Positions 11,833 through 22,436 of a stretch of 64,000 nt of DNA are shown piece by piece. The translations under genes were made by a program, and so were the position numbers. The stretch lies in the NCBI GenBank assembly GCA_000091205.1, contig AP006499.2. The stretch is one strand, 5' to 3'. The stretch's first letter is position 1. Every line of letters begins with the position of its first letter. Source of the stretch: Cyanidioschyzon merolae (Eukaryota). The notes beneath the pieces were generated by a model, which was not told the origin of the DNA, made no database searches, and worked only from the letters and a program-made list of their open reading frames with translations.

Positions 11833-12256
11833 GCGACGGGCATCGCCTGCATCGAACTGCTCGGTTACGGCGCTGACATAAAGTCGGCAGTGCACTAGGT
11901 AGCTTTCGCAGCGAGCCCTGAATCCTCGATGCCGGTCCACGCTTCCATGCAGGCTGCTGCGGTGGACGTCACGCTGATGCGCAATCAGCAACGTTCGTTT
12001 CGCCCGCACTGTCGCTGCAGGTTCCGGGCGATGCGTTCACGCGAGTCCGTATTTCCCGTGGACGTCCGCCCGTACATCCATGCAAACAAGTGCAGATACC
12101 GTTGCCACGTGCGACTTGCGCACCTGCTCCGAGTGAAGCGCACGTTGCCGTCGCGTCGCATGACGCACGCTCGCTACCAACACGCTGACCAGACTTGCGT
12201 CTGCTATTGGCGAGGGCGCACGTGCCTCGCTGTGTGTGCATACATGTGTGCGCAGC

Positions 12257-13048
12257 TCAGCGCTCGTCGGAACGAGCCTCCCGCTTATCCTCCTTCAGCG
12301 CGTCTCGTTTGTAAATGACCTCATCGATGAGACCGAACGCTTTCGCGGCCTCCGCAGACATGAAATGATCGCGCTCCATTTTGTCCGCAATAACATGCTT
12401 ATTCTGACCCGTGTGCTTGGCGTAGAGCTCGTGCAAACGCTCACGCAGAAACAGAATCTCATTGGCGTGGATGGCAATATCTGAAGCCTGCCCGCCGGCT
12501 TGCCCACTCGGCTGATGAATCATCACACGAGCGTTCGGTAAGCAGCGGCGCTCGCCCGGCTCACCCGCGCATAGCAGCAACGATGCCATAGAGCTCGCCT
12601 GGCCCAAGCAAACCGTGTGCACCGGAGCAGATATATATTGCATGGTGTCGTAGATCGCCATCCCCGCTGAGATGATGCCCCCTGGTGAGTGAATGTACAT
12701 AGAGAGCGCCTTCGCCGGCGCTACCGACTCCAAGTACAGCAACTGCGCAACGACGAGAGAGGCCACGGTATCCGTGATAGGACCGTTGAGCACAATAATA
12801 CGCTCTCTGAGCAGACGCGAGTATATGTCGTAGACGCGCTCTCCTCGCGGTGTCTGTTCGAGGACGATGGGTACGAGTTGCGCTTGAGCGGCGTCAGCGC
12901 CTGCTGTCGTGGGCCCAGCGTCGAAGCCCGGGCCGGTTCGGTTCGGAATCCCAGGGCGGAACCAGGAGTAAAAGCGAGCACGTGCACCTAGACGCGAAAA
13001 AGTTTGCGCAGACGGCAGGATTCGAACCTGCGCGGCGAGACACCACAT
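12257..13048 (-). CDS. clpP: ATP-dependent Clp protease proteolytic subunit ClpP, organellar, with an N-terminal presequence
   Basis: The ClpP core is [24 protein letters not shown] ... [21 protein letters not shown] ... [14 protein letters not shown] ... [16 protein letters not shown], which gives the Ser-His-Asp triad contexts. The annotated ATG (13046-13048) lies inside the tRNA-Ser gene described next. Confidence 0.85.
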   Translation of the reverse strand: MWCLAAQVRILPSAQTFSRLGARARFYSWFRPGIPNRTGPGFDAGPTTAGADAAQAQLVPIVLEQTPRGERVYDIYSRLLRERIIVLNGPITDTVASLVVAQLLYLESVAPAKALSMYIHSPGGIISAGMAIYDTMQYISAPVHTVCLGQASSMASLLLCAGEPGERRCLPNARVMIHQPSGQAGGQASDIAIHANEILFLRERLHELYAKHTGQNKHVIADKMERDHFMSAEAAKAFGLIDEVIYKRDALKEDKREARSDER

Positions 13049-13139
13049 GATACCGAGGCGTCAGCGCGAGGCAATGTATACCAGCACTGGCTGCAGAACG
13101 CGTTCGAGTCATGCACCTTAACCACTCGGTCACGTCTGC
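13007..13139 (-). tRNA. tRNA-Ser (anticodon CGA) with a 51-nt intron at the canonical 37/38 position (about 13052-13102)
   Basis: The cloverleaf was folded by hand on the minus strand. 
- The acceptor stem is GCAGACG/CGTCTGC, 7 of 7 paired, with discriminator G. 
- U8 is present; the D-stem has 3 bp (class II) and the D-loop contains GG. 
- The anticodon stem is CATGA/TCATG, 5 of 5, with loop C-U-CGA-A-A (U33, A37). 
- A long variable arm GGTG..CGCC is typical of Ser. 
- The T-arm is GCAGG-TTCGAAT-CCTGC, perfect. 
The mature length is 82 nt and the intron is 51 nt. Confidence 0.7.
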
Positions 13140-13575
13140 CGGATAATCATACCATTGCGTGCGAAATCTGTATATAAAGGGTATTGGGGGAGTTGCGGCT
13201 CGAGGCGGCGCTTGGCGCTAGCGGCGCGCGTGTGCCTTCGTCCACCCTGACTTGCTCGCTCGATTGCTTGCGGGAACGACCTGGCAATCGAGCTGCGCAC
13301 TGTGCGGGGAACGCTTTCACAAGCTCACCGAGCGACTGGCGTTAAGCTGAGTGCGCGAATGCCTAGTGTCTTCGGCGCAACGGGACACTGACGCTGCTCT
13401 CTTGTTTCCCTTAGAATAGTGGTGTAAGGCACGTGATCGCGCACGGGGTCTGTGTTCGATGAGTCACGTGCCCGCTGCGCCTGTGTGTGTTGATGATGCG
13501 CGAACAAGGTATGAAGTGATCGAGTGTTGTAACGTTTAGGTCCTTCTCTGGCGTGATATGAGCGGGGGATAGGAA

Positions 13576-15786
13576 TTAATCGCGAACATAGCGACCGGTT
13601 ACTCGGGGAAGTGCATGCAGGCTGCCGTTGACTGTTACGAGGATCGCGGGGAGCGCGCTCGAGTCGCTGCTCTTGTTCAAGGGGCTCTCACGATGCTGAG
13701 TCGCAATGCGTGAGCGGTTCGCGCTGGTTAGCAGGGCGACCTGCTGTTCGAGCTTCTGCGTGACACGCTCTGCGCAGCGCATGTCATTTTCAATATCGGA
13801 TAGTGTTGATGAGGACTCGCTGGGCGAGCGCCAGCGCGAGCTGTGCTCCGGATCAGCAGAAACTGGGCTGCGCAGCAGAGTGTCCGCTGGTGAGGGGTGC
13901 TCGTGCGCTGGGCTTTCTCCGGCAGAGTGAACATGCTCGGCGAGTGCGCAGGGTGAGGGATCTTCCGATGCCGAGTCGTCGCCCGTACTAGGGACCAGAC
14001 CGGCAGCGATCTCCCGCCGTACTGCAGCAGCCTCGACCCGCAAGGCAGCGTTTGCGAGCATCATTCCCTCCAGCGTCGTCACGAGATTTTCAATAACGTC
14101 AATGGGTGGCACCCTGGCAAATGCACTCGCAACTAGTTTGGTATGCTCGCCACTCGCGTCACCACAAGCAGATGCATGTCTTTGGAGCAGACTAGCGGCT
14201 TCGTTCAAAAGTCTTGCATGGTCGGAATCGGTGCAGTCTCCTAGAAGAGAACGCAATCGAGAAGCGAGCGCGCCGAAAACCTCCGAATGACTCGCACACA
14301 ATTGGTCGAGGGAGCTGCTTGACGCATTCGTGAAATCCCGAGCATAGGGTGGATCCCACTCCATCGAGTCCGTATTGGCTTTGTGCTGGAAGGCGCCTTC
14401 GTCACTGGTATCGATCGGATCTCTCTGCTTCTGGTGTTTGTTGCTGGATCGACAGCAATCCTCGTGACGAAGGGTAGCTGTTCGCTGGTTCGCTGGACGT
14501 GGTCCGCTCGTCTCGATGGACAGGCTCGGTGATGCAGATCGCCGCGAGTCATGATCGACTTGTTCAGCTTGTTCCTCGTATGGTCGGGGCACGGGCTCTC
14601 CGGTGATCTGAGACGCAGAAGCAGCCGGTCTTGACTCGGCTGTACTCGCTTTCGCATCGGGCTCGGCGTCTGCAGTTATCGTTTTGCCACTGCCAACATC
14701 TTCGCTCTTCGACGAGGGCATTTCAAGATTCCTGCAACCGATTTGCGCCACGTCTCGCGAGCCTCTCAATAAAGCATATGAGCGACGAGTATCAGGTTCT
14801 GGGGACTTGCCTGAAGGCAGCCCCCTGTGACCTGGAGCTGCTTGGGAGTCGTCCGCGAAACGCACGCAGACTGATCCAGGACGGCCTGCAAGCCCCAGTA
14901 CAGAGTCGCTTTGCGAGCCACGCTGACCCTCACAAATCGCTTCCGTATCCGGGTCAGCGTCCTCGGCTGGCCGTGGTGCACAGCTGTCCTCGGTACACCT
15001 GTGTCTCCAAAAGGATGCGCGAGAGTTCGCGGCAACGTGAACGAGTGCTCGCGTTCGCAGCTCGAGAAACCTCCAGCATGCTACAATTATCAGGCGCAGC
15101 TTGCACCATACATAAACTGCGCGACGAAGAATCGCCCTCCACCAGATTCCCATTGTAGCACGCCAGCGCCAGTGCGCCAAGCCCCCAAGTGCCAGCAAAA
15201 CTGCCGCCACCATAGCACCAACAGGCCGAGCGTGCTGACCCCAGCACTCGCGGGGTGGAGCGGTGGGCCAGTGAGAGACCAGCGCCTTCGTCCAGTGCTT
15301 GATGCGCAACAACGCGTGTCCAGGTGTTGCGGCCGCTTCGCCTTGCCCAAAGATGCGCCCATACTCTGGGTACTCTCGTAAGAGCGTCTGATGCGCGAGC
15401 GCACGGATTGACTCTCCTCGTCTTTCCGCAGCGACCCAGTGCGCGAGTGCCGCACCGCTTCCGATAACCATACCGATGTAGACTCGCCGGCAAGCCCGGT
15501 ACCAGGCCTCAGGGAAAGCGCTTGAACAGCTGCGCTCCGCGTCAGGTGCAACCGTTGACGCCGCTACGCACACGTTGTCCATTGTTCGGCGCAAGCGCAG
15601 CGGGAATTTGAATTGATGTCGCTGGGGCTCGCCGCCCTGCCTGAATCGCTGGCGGACGGACGGACGCCCTGGGGGTGAGGCGGCACCAACGGCGACGGCA
15701 GCGGGCCGCATTGCGATGCGCATCGGAATCGGCACGTTTCGGAGGTGCCACCGATGCGTTCGTTTGATCCGATATTGTAAAGACAA
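13576..15786 (-). CDS. Hypothetical protein, 736 aa, with a low-complexity Ser/Ala/Asp/Glu-rich C-terminal half and an N-terminal hydrophobic region
   Basis: This is the longest ORF in a GC-rich region and has coding-like composition. No recognisable domain was found, and the true start may be internal. Confidence 0.3.
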   Translation of the reverse strand: MSLQYRIKRTHRWHLRNVPIPMRIAMRPAAVAVGAASPPGRPSVRQRFRQGGEPQRHQFKFPLRLRRTMDNVCVAASTVAPDAERSCSSAFPEAWYRACRRVYIGMVIGSGAALAHWVAAERRGESIRALAHQTLLREYPEYGRIFGQGEAAATPGHALLRIKHWTKALVSHWPTAPPRECWGQHARPVGAMVAAVLLALGGLAHWRWRATMGIWWRAILRRAVYVWCKLRLIIVACWRFLELRTRALVHVAANSRASFWRHRCTEDSCAPRPAEDADPDTEAICEGQRGSQSDSVLGLAGRPGSVCVRFADDSQAAPGHRGLPSGKSPEPDTRRSYALLRGSRDVAQIGCRNLEMPSSKSEDVGSGKTITADAEPDAKASTAESRPAASASQITGEPVPRPYEEQAEQVDHDSRRSASPSLSIETSGPRPANQRTATLRHEDCCRSSNKHQKQRDPIDTSDEGAFQHKANTDSMEWDPPYARDFTNASSSSLDQLCASHSEVFGALASRLRSLLGDCTDSDHARLLNEAASLLQRHASACGDASGEHTKLVASAFARVPPIDVIENLVTTLEGMMLANAALRVEAAAVRREIAAGLVPSTGDDSASEDPSPCALAEHVHSAGESPAHEHPSPADTLLRSPVSADPEHSSRWRSPSESSSTLSDIENDMRCAERVTQKLEQQVALLTSANRSRIATQHRESPLNKSSDSSALPAILVTVNGSLHALPRVTGRYVRD

Positions 15787-17996
15787 ATCCTGTTTTATAC
15801 AGTTTCTTCCGTTTTGTAGATGCAGGTACCGTTTCGATGATGCTGCCGACGACGCCGTGCAGCGCTAGGCGCCCGCGGCCAGCACGCTCGCAACGGGCAG
15901 CGTTTGCGCGCATGCATGAACCTCTGCCAGTGCGCGTGTGCGGCACCAGGAAGCACTGAGACGTGTTCGAGGCTGTGCTCTGAAGCCCGCCTGTCTGCCT
16001 GTCTGCCTGTCTGCCAATTGCGGACGCTGTGATCCCGGTAAATCATCCATGTGGCACCACTGCGGCAGGCAGTGCAGAGCTTGAATGCAGCACTCATCGA
16101 CTACCCAGCGTACGATAGCGACGACGCACATTCCGCGTGTTGACACGCGCCGGGTACCTATGGTCGGTGGCTGGAGATCGACAGGGAATGCCAGGTACCG
16201 ACGCCTTACAAAACGCTTTTGCCCGAACTGTGCCTGCTATGCAATGCGTATCGTCGGTCGAGCGACTGACGTCACACTGCAGCGCGCCCAGTAGCGAGAT
16301 GGTGCCAGAAACCTCGTACACGTCATCCAGTCATGCGTCAGGACGATACCTGGAGCTATGAGCACGTCATTTTGACTCTTTCGCTGCAGAGTTCAGCGAC
16401 GATCGACGACGGCATTCGGGAACTGTTTCTGTACCATCTCCGTATGGCAACAGCAGCGGGGTGCTTCCAGGGGCGCAACGGACCCGTGCGCCACACTTGC
16501 CACCCGGAGAGTCGCTTGAACGAATTATGATACCCCGATGCCAAGTAGGGTCTGCAGTTCGTCGAAATCAGGGTCGTGACTGGTGTGTGGACTACCATGC
16601 AGTCGAATACGGGTGAGTCTCGGCCGCTTTCCTGGCTACCGATAACCACGGCACATCCTGGAATCCCCGATTCGTCTCATCGATCCCAGACTATCAGGAA
16701 GGTTTCAGCGACATCGACGCGCTCGAAGCGAGAACGCATAACGCTTCACGATGCGAGGGTTTGCCTTCACCACGAGGGACTCGGATGCTTCCGAGTCGTT
16801 CATGCTGTGCATTCTGATGAACGAGTTGAGGTTAGGCGCAAGCGCCACCTGTTTCTACGTGCTCATCCTCTGACCGAGATCGCTCACAAAGATACGCGTT
16901 CACGTACCCTGGACATTGCCTATCGTATCGAGGAAGCGGGATGCAGTGCGCGATCCGCCACAAAAACGACCGCAGCGCGCTGGATGCGATGCAAAAGCGC
17001 AAAGGCACCCCTGCTGTGCACGAAACGCAACGAATGGCGGCGACTTGCAAGAGATCCACATTGAAACTGCTACAACAAAGCGGTTCATAACCGCTGGGCG
17101 AGCGCTATATAGCTGATACGTGAAGAAACGCAATACCACAAACGGCGCTTCTAGGACGGCCAACACACTCGCGTCATTCGCTCGATGCAGCAGAGCAATT
17201 TTTACATGCACCGTCGACGAAACCCAGCGCCCTGCCTGGACTTGTTTCGCAATATCGCAAGAACAAAGATGCGCTCGTAGGTACCAGAACATGCAGCGCA
17301 TTGCTCTCTCGAGTGAAGCGTGCCGTTGAATCCGCATCCAATGTCATGCAGAATCTGGAACTGGCCCAGCATACACGAATTCATAATTGCCGGCAGGTAC
17401 AGCACCTGTTGACGCGGCTACACCAAGCCGCATCTCGACGAGACTCGATTATGCTGTTTTCGTATCCCGTCAGCGGGTACGGAAAACGGAAACGGCAGCG
17501 GATCGCACCCCGTGATTTCGTGCTTATGGATCGGAAGCGCTGTTGTTCCTGTCATGGTGGCCTCGACGAGAGGTGCCACTCGCAATCCAAACATTCGCCA
17601 CGAATCAGGCTACTGGTGCAGATGCAGTTGATGGTTCAGCAGACGTTGTCAAATGACATCCTCTGTCGCATACGATACTGCACAACGAACGGATTTAACG
17701 ATGCTGCACATGTAGAACAAGTGCATCCGAGGAGACGCTCCACGTTCCGCAGCGTAGATTGCTTTCTGCCTTGACACTATTCCAAAGCGAACCGTCGCCC
17801 CAGGTGTCTCCATACAGCGCGGAGCGTCTGTGCTTCGACCGCGCATCCATTTACCACTGCAACCATTGAACAAGTCGTGCTTCTCGGCGTTATCTAGACC
17901 GGGTCCAACGGTGATGTGCATCGAACAAGTGACCTGTGAGCAACAATGGGCGTACTGGGGATGACAGACTCCGCAACTCGCGCGAGGTGCTCCTCG

Positions 17997-18178
17997 AAAC
18001 CCCGTAATACTCGGGGAATACGTCAGGCCATAAAGCCGAATGGCCCCGACGATGCATCATTGCATGCAAAGAAGCAGCATAACCTGGAAACCCCGTAATA
18101 CTCGGGGAAAACGTCAGGCCATAAAGCTGAATGGCCTCGACGATGCATCATTGCATGCAAAGAAGCAGCATAACCTGG
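17997..18178. repeat. Tandem repeat of 2 x 91 bp with 3 mismatches; each unit contains short palindromes (ccccgtaatactcgggg; ggccataaagccgaatggcc; gatgcatcattgcatgc)
   Basis: The units are 17997-18087 and 18088-18178. The repeat is immediately downstream of the minus-strand WDR82-like gene stop at 18205. Confidence 0.85.
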
Positions 18179-18204
18179 AGTTGCCTTAGCAACCCGAACA
18201 TCGA

Positions 18205-19320
18205 TCAAACATAGTCGAGTGTTGCCGGGTCTGGTTGCCAGAAGACCACATTCTGACACGCGCTTACGAGCAGTGCGTACTGCGGATTAAACCCTAACGC
18301 CCGCGAATACATGGAATGCCCGTGCAGAACGTGACACGGATTCCCCGTCGCCCTTTCCCAAATGTGAATGCTTGCATCTTCTGATCCCGAAAGCACGTAC
18401 TGTGAGTCCGGACTAAAGCATGCGTCAAGCTCATAGGCCTGGTCATTCGCGTGGCCTCTACAGAGTGTCTGCAGACAACCGTTGAATGCGTCCAGTATCT
18501 GAATGCGTGGATTCGGTTCAGCCGCACCTACGAGCAGTGAGCGGCCGTCGCCGCTAAACTTGAGTACGGTTGGCTCAGAGGTTGTTACGTTGCTCTCAAA
18601 GTCGATAAATGGGCCCTCATCCCATTTGCGGAGATCGTAGAGCTTAATCACGAGTTTCAACAGGTCACTGAATGCTACTGCAGCGACAAGACCAGATGGA
18701 TCGACGGCAACTGCGGGGCGCCCTCGTACCTGCAGCACGCCTGCACAATGGGGATAACGAATGTCCCAGAGCCGCATGGTGCCGTCCAATGCTGCTGACA
18801 TGAACGAATCATCATTCGGCGTCACTGCGATGGAAACAACGCGCGCACGATGACCACGAAAGTACCGTATGTATTTGCTCTCCGTTAACGACAGATAGCG
18901 AATATGATCGTCCCAGGACAGCGGCGCATTGTCCGGTGCCCGGGCTTGGAGTGAACCGCTGCCGGGGTCCAGAACTGGTTTGCTTGCGCATAGTACTGCA
19001 GATTTGTGGTTACCGAAGCGAATGACACCGCACCCGTAGCGTTTCACTGGTATTGTCGTCAAGAGTCTGCCTTGAACGGCGCTGTACACACTGATGAGGC
19101 CATCATCACCACCGGCCGCTACGATTTCGCCATCAACCGAAAAGTCTAGAGTGCAGACCTGTTCTTGATGGACATTTTTGAAGACTTTTGTTTTGCGCAG
19201 GCTCTGCATCGCTCGGTTGTTTAGCCTCACTATCGGAAGGTCTCGCTGCTGCGAAGTGAAAACTCTGGGCTCCATGCTCCAATTCCGTACTGAACAGCGA
19301 ACGAAATTGACAACGTTCAC
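18205..19320 (-). CDS. WD40-repeat protein WDR82/Swd2 (COMPASS / cleavage-polyadenylation factor subunit)
   Basis: It is collinear with WDR82 across 371 aa: IRYLSLTESKYIRYFRGHRARVVSIAVTPNDDSFMSAALDGTMRLWDIRYPHCAGVLQVRGRPAVAVDPSGLVAAVA...LKLYDLRKWDEGPF...ILDAFNGCL...FSPDSQYVLSGSEDASIHIWE. Confidence 0.8.
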   Translation of the reverse strand: MNVVNFVRCSVRNWSMEPRVFTSQQRDLPIVRLNNRAMQSLRKTKVFKNVHQEQVCTLDFSVDGEIVAAGGDDGLISVYSAVQGRLLTTIPVKRYGCGVIRFGNHKSAVLCASKPVLDPGSGSLQARAPDNAPLSWDDHIRYLSLTESKYIRYFRGHRARVVSIAVTPNDDSFMSAALDGTMRLWDIRYPHCAGVLQVRGRPAVAVDPSGLVAAVAFSDLLKLVIKLYDLRKWDEGPFIDFESNVTTSEPTVLKFSGDGRSLLVGAAEPNPRIQILDAFNGCLQTLCRGHANDQAYELDACFSPDSQYVLSGSEDASIHIWERATGNPCHVLHGHSMYSRALGFNPQYALLVSACQNVVFWQPDPATLDYV

Positions 19321-20029
19321 TGCCAGGTTCTTTGAGCTTAAAGGTAGCGCTTCACAGCCAAGAGCACCTCGAGACGCCCGTGTCTAGTCCCAGTTAATAT
19401 TTTGGCTCGGGAGCAAGTCACTTTGGAGCGCCCGCTCCCGAGGCACTGCCCTGCGTTCTCCGGCCACGGTTCAATGGCGCGTTAGCCCTGACGCGGGGGC
19501 TTGTGAAATCGCGGACCTGCAGCGACCACGTCTCTACACCCGCTTACTTGGTGGCAGCAAGCTGCGGTGTTTCAGCGTGTGTCGACGCAATGAACCAGTC
19601 TGCAAGCGGGAAAGCAACAAAAACAACACTGGCAAAAGTCCCCAGGTCTCCGAAAGCGATGAGTTAAACGGCTTGGCCTCGACTGAGCTAAACGTTCGCT
19701 ACAGGGCCATGACACCAGTCAGGCCACTGAAATAACGCCAAGATTAATGATGGTGCAGGCACCGTGAACTTGCTCAGCAGCTGAGGCGCGTTCCACAGGT
19801 CGTTTCAGACGTTGTTCGACACCAGAACCCGCCGCATACGAAGGCACGACGCGCTGCGTTGCAGAGCGAACATGTGCTGTCCATATATATTCCAATAGTA
19901 ACACTTTTGTACTATGTGCAATGGACGTCGACGCAGCGGCGAGCCACGAGCCGCGCCCCTACTCGACAGGGATGTTCATCGAACAGTGTATAAGGCAGCT
20001 GCGTCGCGCTCTGGAACGACTAGTGCACC

Positions 20030-20344
20030 ATGCAGAACGCGAGTGGACGTATTGTCGATCTCTATGTACCTCGAAAATGTTCCGTGACGAACAGGCTGAT
20101 TTCCGCAAAGGACCACGCATCCGTACAGCTGAATATCGCAAAAGTTGACCCTGATACGGGACGGATGGTTCCCGGCGAGCACCTGACCGTCGCTTTGACC
20201 GGATCGATAAGACGCTTGGGGCTGAGCGATCAGGCGGTTTTTAGACTGGCCAAGGAAAAGGGAGCGCTCGATGACTTGCGTGGTGGTGGTGCTGTTGGTG
20301 TTGGCTCAGGCGCTTCAGGCGGCGCGGAGGAGCGCACGGACTAG
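20030..20344 (+). CDS. RPS21: 40S ribosomal protein S21e, with a ~20-aa Gly-rich C-terminal extension
   Basis: MQNASGRIVDLYVPRKCSVTNRLISAKDHASVQLNIAKVDPDTGRMVPGEHLTVALTGSIRRLGLSDQAVFRLAKEKG aligns residue by residue with eS21 (MQN..GE.VDLYVPRKCSA.NR.I.AKDHAS.Q.N...VD..TGR). Confidence 0.85.
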   Translation: MQNASGRIVDLYVPRKCSVTNRLISAKDHASVQLNIAKVDPDTGRMVPGEHLTVALTGSIRRLGLSDQAVFRLAKEKGALDDLRGGGAVGVGSGASGGAEERTD

Positions 20345-20580
20345 CTGACGCGGGCACGCACCTGCGCAGCGCTAGGGACCTGTCCGCGGCGGCGGCGCTA
20401 AGCACTGAGCGCCAGCTTCCCAAGTGCAACATTCGTCTGGTTTGCGCGAAGACATCTGCCAAGGAAGAAACGCGTCGATATAGTTGCGTGAGCAACATGT
20501 AGACGCGCGACTCCCTGTGAGCGCCTCTTGCTCGAAAACGGAGAGCGTGACCGCAGCGCTCTGCTCGGGCGCGCGAGACG

Positions 20581-21297
20581 TTACCGCTTCGGTTTGCTTG
20601 AATCGATACAACTGGTCGGACTTTGCTGCTCGTAGGTATTCGGTGATTGCACAGCGTTATTTGGAGACCCACAACCAAGCTCTTGAAGTAAACGTTCCCG
20701 ATGCGCCACTGAACCCCCAGAGCCGGGATCTGGGTTTCCCGGCTCGCTTGCAACGCTTTGCATGAGGTGCTCGAGGCGCTCCCGAGACATACCGGCTTCA
20801 CGGATGCGCTGCACTAAATAGCGACGTAGGCCATCGGTGCCGTGGTTGTCACGAACGTGTCGTAGTTCCCGAAAGAGCATGCTCGATGCAGCTCTGATCG
20901 CGTCTGCCATACGCGGGTCCAAAGAAGTAGCGACCAGCGGCGAGACCTCTTCTGGCTTTTCCGCTGCTTTTGTGCGCTCTTGTTGCAGTTTCGTCGCAGC
21001 AGGCTCCGCCGTTCGGAGGCTTTGCTGTGCGGCAGACTGGCTTTTGAGAATAGGGAGCAGGTCAAGCGTGCTACGGCTCAGACGATGAAGTTCTTCCAGT
21101 GCCTTGTGTTGCGCCTGAGCGCGTTCCAGTAAGGCGCGGGCAACAGTTACTTCTTGCTGGAGTCTCTGGCGTACCAGTTTCTCCAACCGCCGTCCCTGCC
21201 TCCAATACGTAAAGAACTGGTACAACAATCTCACGCCGCTCCACATGACGTGAAGTGTCGGCTTTCTTGATCTGTAGCAGCCTCTAAAGCACAGCAA
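20581..21297 (-). CDS. Hypothetical coiled-coil protein, 238 aa
   Basis: Support is the ORF alone. It overlaps an alternative-frame ORF (20241..20801), so the true frame is uncertain. It sits just downstream of RPS21 on the opposite strand. Confidence 0.25.
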   Translation of the reverse strand: MLCFRGCYRSRKPTLHVMWSGVRLLYQFFTYWRQGRRLEKLVRQRLQQEVTVARALLERAQAQHKALEELHRLSRSTLDLLPILKSQSAAQQSLRTAEPAATKLQQERTKAAEKPEEVSPLVATSLDPRMADAIRAASSMLFRELRHVRDNHGTDGLRRYLVQRIREAGMSRERLEHLMQSVASEPGNPDPGSGGSVAHRERLLQELGCGSPNNAVQSPNTYEQQSPTSCIDSSKPKR

Positions 21298-21620
21298 TCA
21301 GGCCACGAAGAACCTGTCTAGGCAAAAAATGCCGATCCCATAGAAAGTCGACCGCTTCGCGCCCAGCAAACTCGACTTGTACGGCGCTGGCTCTCGCCGG
21401 TCCACGGGTAGTAGAGCGCTTCAGCCGGCGCACCGGGTGTGTGCCAGGAACGTCTTTGCAACACACGCTTTAGCAACCAAACCGCTGATTAAGAAGTGCC
21501 GTCAATTTCAGCCGTTCGTGCGGTATTCTGAAGTGAGGAAACAATCAACCAACCAACCGTTAGCCAGTCAGCCAGCGCTGAACCCTCAGCGTCGGCGAAG
21601 AGCAACCAGCCAAGGCGCAG

Positions 21621-22436
21621 GTGCACAAAAGACCAGGTCCAGCGCGGCGCTCACGCTCCGTTATGGGGGTTCTGGGAGACGCGTCCGCTCGTTGGCCCTG
21701 GCTGGTACAGTTGGGAACGGAGCCAGAGGACACCATCCTGAGGGTTGTTTATGAACACCAAAAAGTTGCAGCTGAAGAGGAGCGGCCCTGGTTCGTGACC
21801 CTATCGTTCGCCCAGTCACTTGACGGGCGGATCGACTTTCGCGAGACAACCGGGGCCGCTCCCCTGCGACTGTCTAGTCCCCGGGCGCAACGTCTGACAC
21901 ACGCACTTCGAGCTATGCATCATGCAGTTGCTGTCGGGTGGAACACCCTGGTATCAGACGACCCGTTGCTCACAGTGCGTTGCGGTATACCGGGAACGCA
22001 TACGCCTCCAGGTTGGACGCAACCTCGACCAGTGGTCCTGCTCCCGCACGACGGCACCCGTGAGTCTACAGGCCTGAAACAGTCACGCCTGTGGTGCCAG
22101 CGCCGACACGAGCTGCTGCTGGTGCCTCGCGAGGCTGACTGGCGCGCCGAGGTCAGTGCACCCTCGCTCTTTGTTGAAGGCGGCAGACGGGTGATCTCCA
22201 GTCTACTCCAAGCGACAACGACAGACGACGCGCTTGGGCGACGTTGCAACCTGGTTATCATCACGATTGCGAATTGCTTCATTGGAAACGACGTGCGGAG
22301 CGTTCCGGCCTTTACGCGTGGTTCATCGAGTGCGCACACGTGTCGACTTGGACACTTGCGCAGCTGGATGCTCGAAGATGAGCTGATTCTGCTCGGTATC
22401 CCGGCCGGTGCGGATACCGAGCGCACGCCATCCTGA
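21621..22436 (+). CDS. RibD C-terminal-domain reductase (riboflavin pathway 5-amino-6-ribosylamino-uracil/pyrimidinone reductase-like, RIB7/RibG family)
   Basis: FVTLSFAQSLDGRIDF...APLRLSSPRAQRLTHALRAMHHAVAVGWNTLVSDDPLLTVR matches the RibD-C / DHFR-like reductase fold signature (xVTLKxAxSLDGRIA). Confidence 0.6.
   Translation: MHKRPGPARRSRSVMGVLGDASARWPWLVQLGTEPEDTILRVVYEHQKVAAEEERPWFVTLSFAQSLDGRIDFRETTGAAPLRLSSPRAQRLTHALRAMHHAVAVGWNTLVSDDPLLTVRCGIPGTHTPPGWTQPRPVVLLPHDGTRESTGLKQSRLWCQRRHELLLVPREADWRAEVSAPSLFVEGGRRVISSLLQATTTDDALGRRCNLVIITIANCFIGNDVRSVPAFTRGSSSAHTCRLGHLRSWMLEDELILLGIPAGADTERTPS

Noticed and set aside
19540-19580. Possible U1 snRNA 5' end (cttacttggtggcag resembling ACUUACCUGGCAGG)
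   Set aside because: The critical ACUUACCUG 5'-splice-site-pairing sequence is not intact, and the rest of the U1 consensus could not be found.
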